The notes beneath the pieces are model-generated. The model worked only from the letters and a program-made list of their open reading frames with translations, did not search any database and was not told the origin of the DNA. Made by a program: the position numbers and the translations under genes. This document shows positions 11,290 to 23,789 of a stretch of 64,000 nt of DNA, piece after piece. The DNA lies in the NCBI RefSeq assembly GCF_004010195.1, contig NC_057719.1, positions 82,631,060 through 82,695,059 of the forward strand, read 5' to 3'. Source of the stretch: Chiloscyllium plagiosum (taxonomy: Eukaryota). Numbering within the stretch: position 1 is the stretch's first letter; the number at the start of each line of letters is the position of its first letter.

Positions 11290-13795
11290 CCCAGACACTT
11301 TGATGTTTAGCAAATCGGGAATTTTGGGAATGGTGACCATAATTCCATAAGTTTTCAGATACTTATGGATAAGGACAAGAGTGGACCTCAGATGAAGGTG
11401 TTAAATTGGGGGAGGGCCAACTAGAACCGAATTAGGCAGGAACGGGAGAATGTGGATTGGGAGCGAAGGTGAGGGTGTTTGATGGTGAATCCACATCTGA
11501 CTTGTAGGAGTCTTTTAAGGACCAGTTGATTAGAGCGCAGGAAATAGAGTGTGGAAATGAATGACAGGAATGGCAGGATTCAGGAAACATTGGATAATGG
11601 AGACGTTGTCAGCTTAGTCAAAATGAAAGAAAAACCGTGGGTGGCACGGTGGCACAGTGGCTAGCACTGCTACCTCGCAGCGCCAGAGACCCGGGTTCAA
11701 TTCCCGCCTCAGGCAACTGTCTCTGTGTGGAGTTTGCACATTCTCCCTGTGTCTGCGTGGGTTTCTTCTGGGTGCTCCAGTTTCCTCCCACAGTCCAAAG
11801 ATGTGCAGGTTAGGTGAATTGGCCATGCTAAATTGCCCGTAGTGTTAGGTGAAGGGGTAAATATAGGGGAATGGGTCTGGGTGGGTTGTTCTTCGGCGGG
11901 TCGGTGTGGACTAATTGGGCCGAAGGGCCTGTTTCCACACTGTAAGTAATCTAAGGTCTGGGCAACTAAAAACAGATGAAGTCCTTGAAGAATATAGAGA
12001 AAGTAGGAAGGAGCTCAAATGGGGAGTTAGGAGAGTTAAAAGGGGCTACGGAGAAGCCGAGAGGGTTAAGGAGAACCCTTGAGCATTTTATACATATATT
12101 AGAAGCAAGAGAGTAGCTAGGGAAAGAGAAGACCCTCTCAAGGATAAGGGAGGGAGGTTATGTCTGGAGCCAGAGGACATGGTTCAGATCCTTAATGAGT
12201 ACTTTACATTGGAATTCACTAAACAGAGGGTCGTGAGGGATGTTGAAGTTAGGAAAAGATGTGTGAATACACTCTGACAGGTCAACATAGTGAGCGAGGA
12301 AGTGTTGGGTGTCTTGAAATACATTAAGGTAGGCAAGTCCCCAGGGCCAGAGGGGATCTATCCCAGGATACTGTGACAAGCAAGGGAGGAAATAGCTGAG
12401 GCCTTAAAAGATGTCTTTGCCTCCTCTTTGGCCTCAGACAAGTTTCCAGAGGACTGGAAAATGGCCAAAGGTGTTCCTTTGCTTACAAAGGGGACCAGAG
12501 ATAATCGAGGTAATTACAGGCTGGTAAGCCTGCCCTCAGTGTTGGGGAAGTTGTTGGAGAAGATAATGAGAGGCAGGATTTATTCACATTAGGAAGCGAT
12601 CTCACCAACTTCACTGAGTTTTTTGAGGAGGTGACATGAACGATTGATGAGGGGAAGGCAGTGGATGTTGTCGACATAAGTTTAGTGAGGCATTTGATAA
12701 GGTCCCTCATGGCAGGCTGGTACAGAAGGTAGAGTCTCTTGCGATGCAGGGCGAGCGGGCTAAATGGATACAAAACTGGCTTGGTCATAGAAGAGAGTAG
12801 TGGTGGAAGGTGCTTTTCTGAATGGAGATCAGTAACTAGTGGTGTTCTGCAGAGATCAGTGCTAGGACCTTTGTTGTTTATAATACATATAAATGATCTG
12901 GAGGAAAATGTAAGTGGTCTGATCAGTAAGTTTGTGCTTAGTACCAAAATTAGCAGAGTTGCAGATAGTGAGGAGGATTGTCAAAGGAGACAGTGGGGTA
13001 GAGATAGATTGCAGAATTGGGCAGAGAAGTGGCAGATGAAGTTCAATCCAGACAAATGCGAGGTGATGCCTTTTGGAAGATCCAATCCAAGAGCGAATTC
13101 CGCAATAAATGGCAGAACTCTTAGGATCATTGACATACGGGGGATCTGGGCGTACAGGTCCACAGTTCCCTGAAAGTGACAACACAGGTGGATAAAGTGG
13201 TCAAGAAGGCACACAGCATCAAATATAAAAGTTGGCGAGTTATATTACAGCTGTATAAAACTTTAGGTTGGCCATATTTGGAATATCGTGTGCAGTTCTG
13301 GCCCCCACACTACCAGAAGGATGTGGATGCTTTGGAGAGGGTGCAGAGAAGGTTTACCAGGATGTTGGTGGGTCTGGAAGGTTTTAGCTATGAGGTGAGG
13401 TTGGATAAACTCGGATGGTTTTCACCTGAACGATGGAGGCTGACGGACGACCTGATAGAGGTCTACAAAATTATGAGAGGCATGGATAGGATTGATAGTC
13501 AGAGGCTTTTTTTCCCAGATTAGAAAAGTCAACTACAAGAGGGCGCAGGTTCAAGGTGAGAGGGGGAAAGTTGAGGGGAGAAATGCGGGGGTAATGTTTT
13601 TCACACAGAGAGTGGTGGATGGCTGCCAGTGGAAGTGGTGGAGGCACGTTTAAGGCATATCTTGATAGACATATGAATGGGAGGTAAACAGAGAGAAAGA
13701 AGCTGCATATGAGCAATAAGTAGTGGGTCTAAATGAGGATTTGGAATCAGCGTAGGCTTGGTGGGCCAAAGAGCCTGTTCCTGTTCTGTATTATA
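11290..13795 (+). mobile_element. CR1 LINE ORF2 and 3' UTR (decayed), with a nested SINE
   Basis: [65 protein letters not shown]. Confidence 0.92.
11637..11953 (+). mobile_element. Full-length HE1/V-SINE-like SINE nested in CR1
   Basis: A box TGGCACAGTGG, B box GGTTCAATTCC, V-domain, tail GGCCGAAGGGCCTGTTTCCACACTGTAAGTAATCTAA. Confidence 0.92.
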
Positions 13796-14869
13796 TTGTA
13801 TAAATATAAATTACTGCAAGTTATATTGTACCCCAGGTAATTTAAGAGTTCAGATTTTTACCTGTGGCTCTGAGCTAATTTTCTCAGGCTGATGGTATCA
13901 ATCAACTCCTCAGTTGTGCATCCTGTCTTTCTCGCCGTGAGAATTTTTTGCTTGTGGAATTTTGATGCTGGAGACTGACTGCTGCTTTTTGACTTTTCTC
14001 TGCTTGGGAATAAATCAAAGGTGCGCCAGGAATCTCAGGCAAGGGCCCATAACTCATGGCAGGTGGTCTGTAAGATTATCAGCGATCGCGCCCCTCTCCA
14101 GCACTGAGCCTCGCATAGAGTGTGGGCGCTAGCCGAGAAATGTACGAGATCTTCTTGGTTGTTCTTTGAAAGCCACCTTCTATTGAACCGCTTGGTGAGT
14201 CAGTAGAAAATGGTTCAGCTTTCTCCTGAGGAACGCTGTGAAATAAATTCGGAAGAACTGCTTGTGTGCTCCCTCCAGGACTGTTAACTTGAACATTTGC
14301 TGCAGCACATTACTTTGAGCAAGAGCTGTGGAATTTGTAGCCTAAGGGGTACATATTACTAATTAAGTTTTGCTGAGGCCAGCCCTTTGTGTGACTAATT
14401 GACGCACAGTGATTCAAAACATCACAGAGTGAAACTATGAAGATGGGAGCGAAAGCTAAGTATTCCACAACGAGAAATCCAGAATTAAATGAGACAGTGT
14501 TGGGATTGCTGAGTAGAACTGGTAGCATCTGTGGATGGAGAACCGCATAACGTTTCAAACCTGTGACTTTTCATCAGGTCTGGAGACAACTGTGCAAGCC
14601 ACAATGTGGGTACAGGTCTTTCTTAAATCAGTATTCTTCCTAAACCAGATGTACACAGCCCTTTAACTCAGAGCATCATTCCTTCCAAAGTAAATGACAA
14701 AGTCAGATTGATTAATTTCTATTGCTTCCTCCCCCTATTATAATATATTTTTGTTTAGTGTTTTTATTTAATTTGCACACTTTGATAGTTTATTGGGAAA
14801 TCTCGAGGGAAAACATCCAGTGAGAGAGACTGGGCAGCCACTGAAGCATCAGATTAATCGTTCAATTTA

Positions 14870-15510
14870 TGTTAATCCGGCTCCCTCACACTGTCACTCA
14901 GTAACCCCTCTGCCCCCCAGCGCTCTGTGTTACTGACTGTATCTCCCCTGGTGTTAATCCAGCTCCCTCACACTGTCACTCAGTAATCCCTCTCCCCCAG
15001 CACCCTGCGTTACTGACTGTATCTCCCCTGGTGTTAATCCGGCTCACTCACACAGTCAATCAGTAACCCCTCTCACCCAGCACCTTGTGTTACTGACTGT
15101 ATCTCCCCTGGTGTTAATCCAGCTCCCTCACACTGTTGCTCAGTAACCCCTCTCCCCAAGCGCCCTGTGTTACTGACTGTATCTCCCCTGGTGTTAATCC
15201 AGCTCCCTCACACTGTCACTCAGTAACCCCTCTCCCCCAGCACCCTGCGTTACTGACTGTATCTCCCCTGGTGTTAATCCGGCTCCCTCACACTGTCACT
15301 CAGTAACCCCTCTCCCCCAGCACCCTGTGTTACTGACTGTATCTCCCCTGGTGTTAATCCAGCTCCCACTCACTCAGTAACGCCTCTCCCCCAGCACCTT
15401 GTGTTACTGACTGTTTCTCTCCTGGTGTTAATCCAGCTCCCATACACTCAGTAACCCCTCTCCCCCAGCACCCTGTGTTACTGACTGTAACTCCCCTGAC
15501 GTTAATCTAA
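14870..15510. repeat. 80-bp minisatellite, about 8 copies (last units 74 bp)
   Basis: GTGTTAATCC recurs at 14951, 15031, 15111, 15191, 15271, 15351 and 15425. Confidence 0.97.
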
Positions 15511-15784
15511 CTGAGGGCCCTGTGAAACATTGCAGGTTTGTCAGTAGTTGGTTACCTGCCCATCACAGCGGAGAATTAGTTTGAAAGGGCAGGCAAGCCT
15601 CCTCTCCTACCCTTGGCCCACAATCCGTGCTGTAAAAGCCTACACAGCTTCTGGACTCAGCTGCACCTGCCTGCCTTTAGTTGCCGTTTTTCCTGAACTT
15701 TGAAGCCCATGTCTGGCCAGCATCGTATTTAAGTGGCTGTTGAAGACTCGGCAGCGAAGCCTCGTTTACATTAACCCTCATGAC

Positions 15785-15975
15785 ATCATCCACCTTAAGA
15801 AACCAAGACTTTTTATCAGAGAGGTGGGACATACCACCAGCGCTTCACCAGAGATTCTCACTGATGGTGTTACCTAGTCATGGTGACGAAATGTCTGAAA
15901 GCAAACCTTCCAGCTCAGTGAGCAAACTTACATCCATATCATCAACCTGAGCTATGAATCTTCTCAAAAAGCACT
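15785..15975 (+). mobile_element. Penelope terminal region with a decayed hammerhead
   Basis: TCA-CTGATGG-TGTTACC(TAGTCAT)GGTGAC-GAAATGTC-TGA at 15858-15898. Confidence 0.65.
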
Positions 15976-16199
15976 GACTCATAGAGCTCCCTGCCCTCCT
16001 TTCACCTCCAAATCGGCCTTCCTTAATGTGTCCAGTTCATTGCGATGGAACTGAAAGCTGGTTATGTCGCAGTAGTTTGGGTTCAATTCATTTAGTCATT
16101 AGGCAGTACAGAACGTGCATATTGTTTAAGAAAAACAGATGCTTTTTGTTACAGCTTACTTGAACTAGTCAGGATAATTTGCAAGAATACTAATTTCTG

Positions 16200-16570
16200 T
16201 GGAGAAAAAGCACTGTATATGGGGAGAGTGCTGATTGTTTGGCAAGGGGACTGTGGTAGGGGTGTACAGGAGAAGGCACTGGTAAATGATGATTGACACT
16301 TAAATGTCTGACTTTGCAGACAGAAAAAACAGGCACATGCAATGTGCTGATTTCAACTACACAAAATAGGTCACAGCATTCACTGGTTCGTTTCTTGGGG
16401 CAATGTCTCAGCTAATCAGAGCCAACCTGCCTGTTTTAAAAATTAAGGCCTGACAGTTAACTGTCAATCATAATTAAGTGGTGCATTCTCCATGGCAATG
16501 CATCTACCAATCAGATTCCACTTGCCAACCAAGTAGGTGTCTCCATTTATGCAGCCTAAATGTTGATGTT
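16200..16570. mobile_element. Old inverted-repeat (MITE-like or pLTR-like) element
   Basis: 16222-16308 is a degenerate reverse complement of 16452-16544. Confidence 0.6.
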
Positions 16571-17439
16571 TATCAGGCAATTTTAGGTAATTTTGCTAAT
16601 TTACCTCCAATCCACCTTCCCCCCCCCACCCTGGTCTCTGTTCTATACCCTGCAGTGCCCCCTCAAGAGCTCTCTGGTTCTCTACTTGTCTCCTCTTTAA
16701 GATAAACTTTACACCTACCACATTGGCTGCATGTTTGGTCACCTGTCCTTCTGTCTCCTCTGTTTGGATCAATGTCAATATTTGTTTGATCCTGTGAGCA
16801 CATTTGGGTGTTTAGCTGCATTCAAGGTGCTTTAGAAATGCAGGTTGTTGTTGTGTACTATCAGGGAACAGGTGACACACAGGCAGGCAGCATCTGCAAG
16901 GAGAGAAAAACATGTTTCAGGTATGGACCCCCGTCGTGAGAATTCCATGTTCTATCCTGACTTGCCTGCTCTCCTGAGGGAGTTGCTGTGTGTTTCCGGG
17001 AGTTCCTGTTTTTGTTTTGGCTTATCAGTGTCTTTAGTATTTTGCTTTTTGATATTAACACTTGTTACATTAAGTTTGCTTGTTGTGAAAGTCTCAGTTT
17101 GCTGCTAGTTAAATATACTAATTAGGTCACATTCGCACATGCACTGTGCAAATTTGCACTGAGAAAGTGGAAATAATTTAGCTTCGCAGTCTGTTTTCAA
17201 GTACTCTTTATTTAGTCTGGAGAACTGCAAGTGCTACCCTTCTTGCGTTGATGTCATCATTAAAATCTTTCGTGAAGAACACTTTCTCCCAGGTTAGGAA
17301 CAGAGTAAAGGCATGGTCTGATACATCTGCTGTAATAATCACACCAAGGTTAGTTCCAAAGAATGCTGCAGGGGAGGGCGAGATCTGTGAGTGCCTCGTA
17401 TGATTAAATCTCTTCAGTTAGAATCATAATGAACAACCC

Positions 17440-17635
17440 AGAACACACACACACGCACAGACACAGACACACGCACACACACACACACACACCACAGACA
17501 CACACACATGCACACACACACATGTACACACACAGGCATACACACACACACACATGTACACACACAGGCATACACAACACATACACACACAGACACACGC
17601 ACACACACATACAGATACACACACACAGACACACA
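17440..17635. repeat. Compound (CA)n microsatellite
   Basis: Directly visible. Confidence 0.95.
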
Positions 17636-17748
17636 TAGTCTCTGCAATTATTAGTCTTTAAGTCATACAAATTCCACTGGTGCACGCTTGCTTCAATATT
17701 TCTGTCCCTTTGTTCCCTGCTTCACCTCTGTCTGCCTATCTATCTCTA

Positions 17749-17878
17749 GGCGAAAGTGAGGCCTGCAGATGCTGGAGATCAGAGTTGGGAGTGTGGTGCT
17801 GGAAAAGCACAGCAGGTCAGGCAGCATCCGAGGAGCAGGAAAATCGACGTTTTGGGCAAAAGCCCTTCGTCAGGAATG
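17749..17878 (-). mobile_element. Penelope terminus with a mutated hammerhead core
   Basis: Same sequence family as 6645-6770; minus strand CTGACGAAGGGCTTTTGCCCAAAACGTC. Confidence 0.8.
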
Positions 17879-18234
17879 GCTGTATCTCTGTCTCTTGCTC
17901 TTTTGCTCCCTCTTATTTTGTCTCACTTTCTTTCTCGTTCTCTCTTTCTGTCTGTGCCTTAGATCCCCTGACTCTTGGCATCTCTTGATCTTTCCCTCTC
18001 CTGCTCCCTGTCTTTCCCTCATCCCTAATCCCGCTTTGGTTATCTGTTCTATCACTTGCTTTCTCACTCCTTCGCAGCCAGTGCTCCATCTCCTTAAATC
18101 AAAGGAAAATACTGCAGATGCTGTAAGTTTGAAACAAAAGTAGAAATTGCTGGAGAAACTTGGCAGGTCTGGCAGTATCTGGGGAGAGAAAAGCAGAGTT
18201 CAGTGTTCAAGTTTATTTGGTTTACTTTGCTTAT

Positions 18235-18555
18235 TCACTCATAGGGAGTGGGCGTCACTGGCTGGGCCAGAATTTATCACTGTCCCTAGTTGTCTCTTGA
18301 GAAGGTGGTGGTAAGCGGCCATCTTGAACCACTGCAGTCCACCTGCTGTGGGTTGTCCCACAATGCGCTTAGGGAAGGAATTCCAGGATTTTGACCCAGC
18401 AGCAATGAAGGGAAGGCGATGTATTTCCAAGTTTGGACGATGAGGAGGGGAACCTGTGGTGTTCCCATGTATCTGCTGACCTTGTACTTCTAAGTGGAAG
18501 TGATGGTGGGTTTGGAAGGCACTGGCTAAGGATCTTTGGAGACTTTCCGCAGTGC
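18235..18555 (-). mobile_element. 3' end of a second CR1-like LINE family
   Basis: Minus-strand FIAAGSKSWNSFP...GLQWFKMAAYHHLLK; similar to 28225-28460 and 20850-21030. Confidence 0.75.
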
Positions 18556-18939
18556 ATCTCACAGGTATGGTTCCTTCAGGACTGTGTTCTCCTCCTTCAC
18601 TAAATCCGTTTTCACTTTTGCCTTAGTGACTTCTGTGTTTAAGACCCTCTCTCCAAGACCTTCCCTAGCACAGCCTGAAGCAAGCTACAAGTTTCAGGAG
18701 CCACCATGTTCTGCTTTTTCACTTTAGTCAGGCTGGGCCTCAGGGACCCAGTGATGTCACATGCCTTTAGTTGCCTACGTGAGGTTTGATCATGTGCCAA
18801 TTGTTTCCTGCCAATCCTGACTGGGTGTTTTATTTACTGGGAGCAGCCTGTGGACTTTCTATCTTTGTGTGTTGTGTCATGAATCTCCCTCTTGTTTTTC
18901 CCCTCGTGGAGTTCCTTGTATGGTTGATCTTGCTCACAG

Positions 18940-19275
18940 CTGGAAATGTGTTGCTGGAAAAGCGCAGCAGGTCAGGCAGCATCCAGGGAACAGGAAAATC
19001 GACGTTTCGGGCATAAGCCCTTCTTCAGGAATGAGGAAAGTTTGTCCAGCAGGCTAAGATAAAAGGTAGGGAGGAGGGACTTGGGGGAGGGGTGTCGGAA
19101 ATGTGATAGGTGGAAAGAGGTCAAGGTGAGGGTGATAGGTCAGACTGGGGTGGGGGCGGAGAGGTCGGGAAGAAGATTGCAGGTTAGGAAGGCGGTGCTG
19201 AATTTGATGGATTTGACTGAGACAGGGTGGGGGGAGGGGAAATGAGGAAACTGGAGAAATCTGAGTTCAAACCTG
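18940..19275 (-). mobile_element. Penelope 3' fragment with an intact hammerhead core and 15-bp TSD
   Basis: Core at 19001-19028; TGATCTTGCTCACAG at 18925-18939 and 19276-19290. Confidence 0.85.
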
Positions 19276-20502
19276 TGATCTTGCTCACAGGTTTCTGTAG
19301 GCCCATGATCCTCAGTTTCCATGGTAACATCAATAATTGAGTGAAGGAACCTTCCCTCCCCGGAAAACATTTATTGGATTTCCATGTATTAGCCTCACAA
19401 GCTCCACCCATCCAGGGCAAACAGGGAGGAGTGGACACTGCCACACCTTTGGGTGGGTTGTGACCGGGTCTATTGGTTGAGGATGTGGATTGATTGAACG
19501 AGGGAGGGGTATTAGGTTCCACCTTGGTGGATTTGGACTGGCCAGCATAGCCCAGACGAAATTATTTTAATTTTCTTTTGTAAAGGCAGAGAGTTTGGGC
19601 GCCGGTAATAAAGGCACTGAAGATGTCAGGATCAGGACAGTAGGGTCTGCTGATTTCCAGTACTAGGGGTAGCTGATTTTACAAAGCATTTACAGCACAG
19701 GAACTGTCCATTCTTGCTGCTTGTGCCCGTGTTCACGATTCCCACAGACATTTCCCTCTTTATCGGTTCCTTTCCACATCATGTGTGTTTCTGACTCGAC
19801 GGAATGGATCTATGCTATTCACCCTGTGACATGGGTGCAGTCAAGTGCCCCATTCTAATAAAGTGTCCTCCCATTGACAGTCTCTGCTGTGCTGAGGGCC
19901 ACAATCCTGACGCAAGAAACGTGTGAAACAGGAGCGAGAGTGGGACCGTCCAGCCCCTTCAAGCCTGCTCACTGTTCGATAAGATCCCAACTCAGCCGGT
20001 TCTGATGTCAATCCTACATTCCTGCCTGCATCAAAAACTTGTTTGTCAAGAATCGATCTAACCCCACCTTAAAATTATTCAATGACCCTGAGCCCCGGCT
20101 CCCTCTGGAGAAATTTGTTCCATGTTCGTGAACCCCTGAGAGAGGAAAGAAATCCTATCTCCATTACACATCCCTATGATGTTCAGCCCTTCCCGATTTG
20201 TCCGATTTCCCCCTCACCAATTCGACCCGATTTGTATAAAGCACTGATGGTACCTGCAGCTGAACACCCTCGTATAATAGCAATATTTATTTCAGTGAGG
20301 AGTTGACTTGCAGCTTAATTGAAATTAGAAGCTGGGATGTTTGGCATTCCTTACCTAAACACTGGCTGCGTTGTTGGTACCTGAACCTAGCTGTTCCTGG
20401 TGCAGATAGAAATTGTGTTCTCAGTATGGATATGTATTTTTTTATGTACATTCACAGGAAATGAGAGTCACTGGCTGGGCCAGCATTAGTTACCCATCTC
20501 TA

Positions 20503-20826
20503 GATTAGATTAGATTAGATTACATTACAGTGTGGAAACAGGCCCTTCGGCCCAACAAGTCCACACCGACCCGCCGAAGCGCAACCCACCCATACCCCTA
20601 CATTTACCCCTTTAACCTAACACTACGGGCAATTTAGCATGGCCAATTCACCTGACCCGCACATCTTTGGACTGTGGGAGGAAACCGGAGCACCCGGAGG
20701 AAACTCACGCAGACACGGGGAGAATGTGCAAACTCCACACAGTCAGTCGCCTGAGGCGGGAATTGAACCCGGGTCTCTGGCGCTGTGAGGCAGCAGTGCT
20801 AACCGCTGTGCCACCGTGCCGCCCAC
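20503..20826 (-). mobile_element. Young full-length HE1/V-SINE-like SINE with (TAATC)n tail
   Basis: Near-identical to 30662-30970; CpGs retained; inserted in a CR1-like 3' end (20440-21300). Confidence 0.93.
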
Positions 20827-21544
20827 GATGTCCTCTAGATGTCCTATAAAAGCTGGTGGTGAAGTGTCTTCTTGATCCACTGCGGTCTTTGGGTTGTGGG
20901 GGACAGCTGCAATGTTGGTAGGAAGGGAATTCTAGGATTTGGACCCAGGAACGCTGAAGGAATGCTGATAATTGAGTATAGTTTGGAGGGGAACTCGCAG
21001 GTGGTGTTCCCATGTATCTGCTGCCTTTGTCCTATTCGATGCAGTTCTGGATGATGATGTTGTTGAAGGAGTCTTGGTGATTAGCTGCAGTGCATCTTGC
21101 CGATAGTACACACTGCTGCTACTGAGCGTTGGTGGTGGGGGGGCAGTGAGTGCTTGTGAATGTAGTGCCAATCAAGTGGACTGCTTTGTCCTGGATAATG
21201 TCAAGCGTCTTGAATTTTGTTAAAGCTGCAAATGTCCGGGCAATTAGGGAGTATTCCATCACACTCCTGACTTGTGCATTTTATTGGCTATTTGTGGTAT
21301 AGACACACCATAGATTGCATTTTCTGGTAGACTGTCACCAAACGTTCCACACTTACAACTGGTGAAGGGATACAAATACATGCAACATGGCTGAATGGTC
21401 AATAGTCCCAGAATATCCTGAAATGTGCAGTCAATGTATAACACCCATAAAATGATCATTAACCTGTATGTACATTGACTTAGGAAATGTACAAATCATC
21501 TGATTTAAATACCCATGGCTGATATTTGTATTTCTATTTTTAAA

Positions 21545-22115
21545 AAAACACTTCCATGGGATGTGGGTGTCACTGGCAAGGGCAGCATTTTGTTTCCCAT
21601 CTTTAATTGCCCTTAAACTGAGTGGCTTTCTCGGTCGTTTCAAAGGGCAGTTAAAAATCCACCACATTGCTGTGGGTTGGAGCCACATGTCGACCAGACC
21701 AGGTACGGATGGCAGATTTCCTTCCCTGAAGGGCATGAGTGAACCAGATCGATTTTTACGACACGGCCATCAATCCGCCAGCTTTTAATTCCAGATTTTA
21801 GTAAATTCAGACCTGCCTCTGATCCTTTAGTCTGAATTTACTAAAATCTGGAATTAAAAGCTGGCGGATTGGTGGCCGTGTCGTAAAAATTCAGACCTGC
21901 CTCTGATCCTTTAGTCTGAATTTACTACTCCAGAGATGTTACCAACACACGATGATGGTTTTGTGGTTACCATGACTCACTTTCAATTACAGATTTATTA
22001 ATGAATTGAATTTAGACTCCACCAGCTGCTGTGGTGAGGATGTTGAAGTGATGTCCCCAGGGCATTCATCTGGGCCTCTGGGTTATGTGACCACTGTGTT
22101 CCCCCCCCCTCTGTA
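21545..22115 (-). mobile_element. Second tRNA-SINE family (pieces), containing a palindromic rearrangement
   Basis: Reverse complement of the element at 53465-53800 (CCACATTGCTGTGGG..., CCAGACCAGGTA...TTCCTTCCCTGAAGG). Confidence 0.7.
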
Positions 22116-23044
22116 AATGAAATGGTTAAGTCCTGACTTCCTGTATCTTGCTGAGGAGGATACTACAGAACAGACTGACTTTGGCTTGAAACACAGCAGC
22201 ACGATAGGACCTTATATAAAAAAAGCTTCCTGTGGGAAGTGATGCCCTGTGTTCATGTTCCCTCTTGTCCTACTCCTCGAGTTGTCTCCCAGCCTTTTCC
22301 GAAGGCCACGAGCTGTTGCCTTGCTTTTGACCACTTGCCCAGTTTGCGTGTGAGCCTGAGTGGAGGAAGGCAGGCTGTTGAAGTTGGGCTTAGACAGCAC
22401 GCTTTTCTGTGCAAGAATTGTATTGCTTTGACCATGGTATCTCATACCACCGTGAGTTAATGACGCATTTCAAAGATCCCAGAAGGTCGTGCTGATTGAG
22501 TTCCACTTGCCCAGTGCCATTGGGTTGCTACACTCCCCACTGATGTGTAGCAGGGAGTGTGTTTGCCCTGGTGACAGTACTAACAGCTACAGGCAGGGGT
22601 GCTGTTCCTAAGCATAGCAACTAGTCAGTCGTCCTCAGTGAGAGCAGCTCTCATTACCACCGGTGGATTGTTACCATGGTTATCTTTGCATGGCGATATC
22701 CCCAAGACTCTTATTTTATGAAATGTACTGCTGTTCATGGCATGTCTCACAGTGGTTGGTCATTTTCTCCTTGTATGTGGTATCTGTCTACTTGGCATTA
22801 TGTGAGGCAGAGCTGAATTGATCCCCTTTGTCTCTGGCAGCAAGGTCTCATACGAAATGTACAAATTAGGAGCAGGGGAAGGCCATTTGGTCCATCAATG
22901 CTGCTTCGGTATTCCTTAACATCATGGTTGATCTGATTGTAAACTCAATTTTCCATTCCACTTACCCCCAGATAACCTTTCACCCCCTTACCAAGAATCT
23001 ATTTACCTGAGTCTTAAGATGAAGTTCAAAGACTCTTCTTCCAG

Positions 23045-23465
23045 AGGGATAGGGAGAGGTTGAATAGGCTGAGGCAGCTTTCCCTGGAGTGTCGGAGGCT
23101 GAGGGGTGACCTCATAGAGGTTTATAAAATCATGAGGGGAATGGATAGGGTGAATAGCCAAGGTCTTTTCCCCAGTGTGGGGGAGTCCCCAACTAGAGGG
23201 TGTCGGTTTAAGTTGTGAGGGGAAAGATTTACAAGGGACTTAAGGGGCAACCTTTTCATTCAGTGGGTGGTGGAATGAGCTGCCAGAGGAAGTGGTGGAG
23301 GCTGGTACAATTACAGCATTTAAAAGGCAACTGGATGGGTGTATGAATAGGAAGGGTTTAGAGGGAAATGGGCCAAATGCTGGGAAATGGGAGTAGATTA
23401 GGTTGGGATATCCGGTCAGCATAGACGAGTTGGGCTGAAGGGTCTGTTTCTGTGCTGTACAACTC
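23045..23465 (+). mobile_element. CR1 LINE 3' end
   Basis: GGCTGAGGGGTGACCTCATAGAGGTTTATAAAATCATGAG...GAAGGGTCTGTTTCTGTGCTGTA. Confidence 0.9.
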
Positions 23466-23789
23466 AAAGAGATACAAAGATTTGTGATCTTCTGAGCAAG
23501 TTATTTTTCTGATCTTTGTTATTAACAGATGACTCTTAGCTTTTAAGTTGTGTTTAAAGCAGTTCGCGATTCTCCCGCATGAGGAAGCATCCTCATCCAG
23601 CTGTTGAGACCCCTCAAAATCTTGTAGATTTCAACCACGTTGCCTTTCACTCTTCCAAAATCCAGCAGATATAGGCTCAGTCTGTCCTGCCATTCCTCAT
23701 CACACAATTCACCCATCCCAGAGATTAGTCTAGGAGACCTCTAAACTTCCTCCAAGGCATTTACATCCGTCCTTATATAAGGCCTCCAA

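Noticed and set aside
11640..11712. tRNA genes
   Set aside because: A/B boxes are SINE heads followed by V-domain and LINE tail.
14040..14202. Possible first exon ending TTG|GTGAGT
   Set aside because: No in-frame ATG for a phase-0 join, and the nearby ATG at 14140 stops after 9 codons; it may be non-coding or just an AP-1-like TGAGTCA.
14870..15510. CRISPR-like palindromic repeats
   Set aside because: The whole 80-bp unit repeats; there are no spacers.
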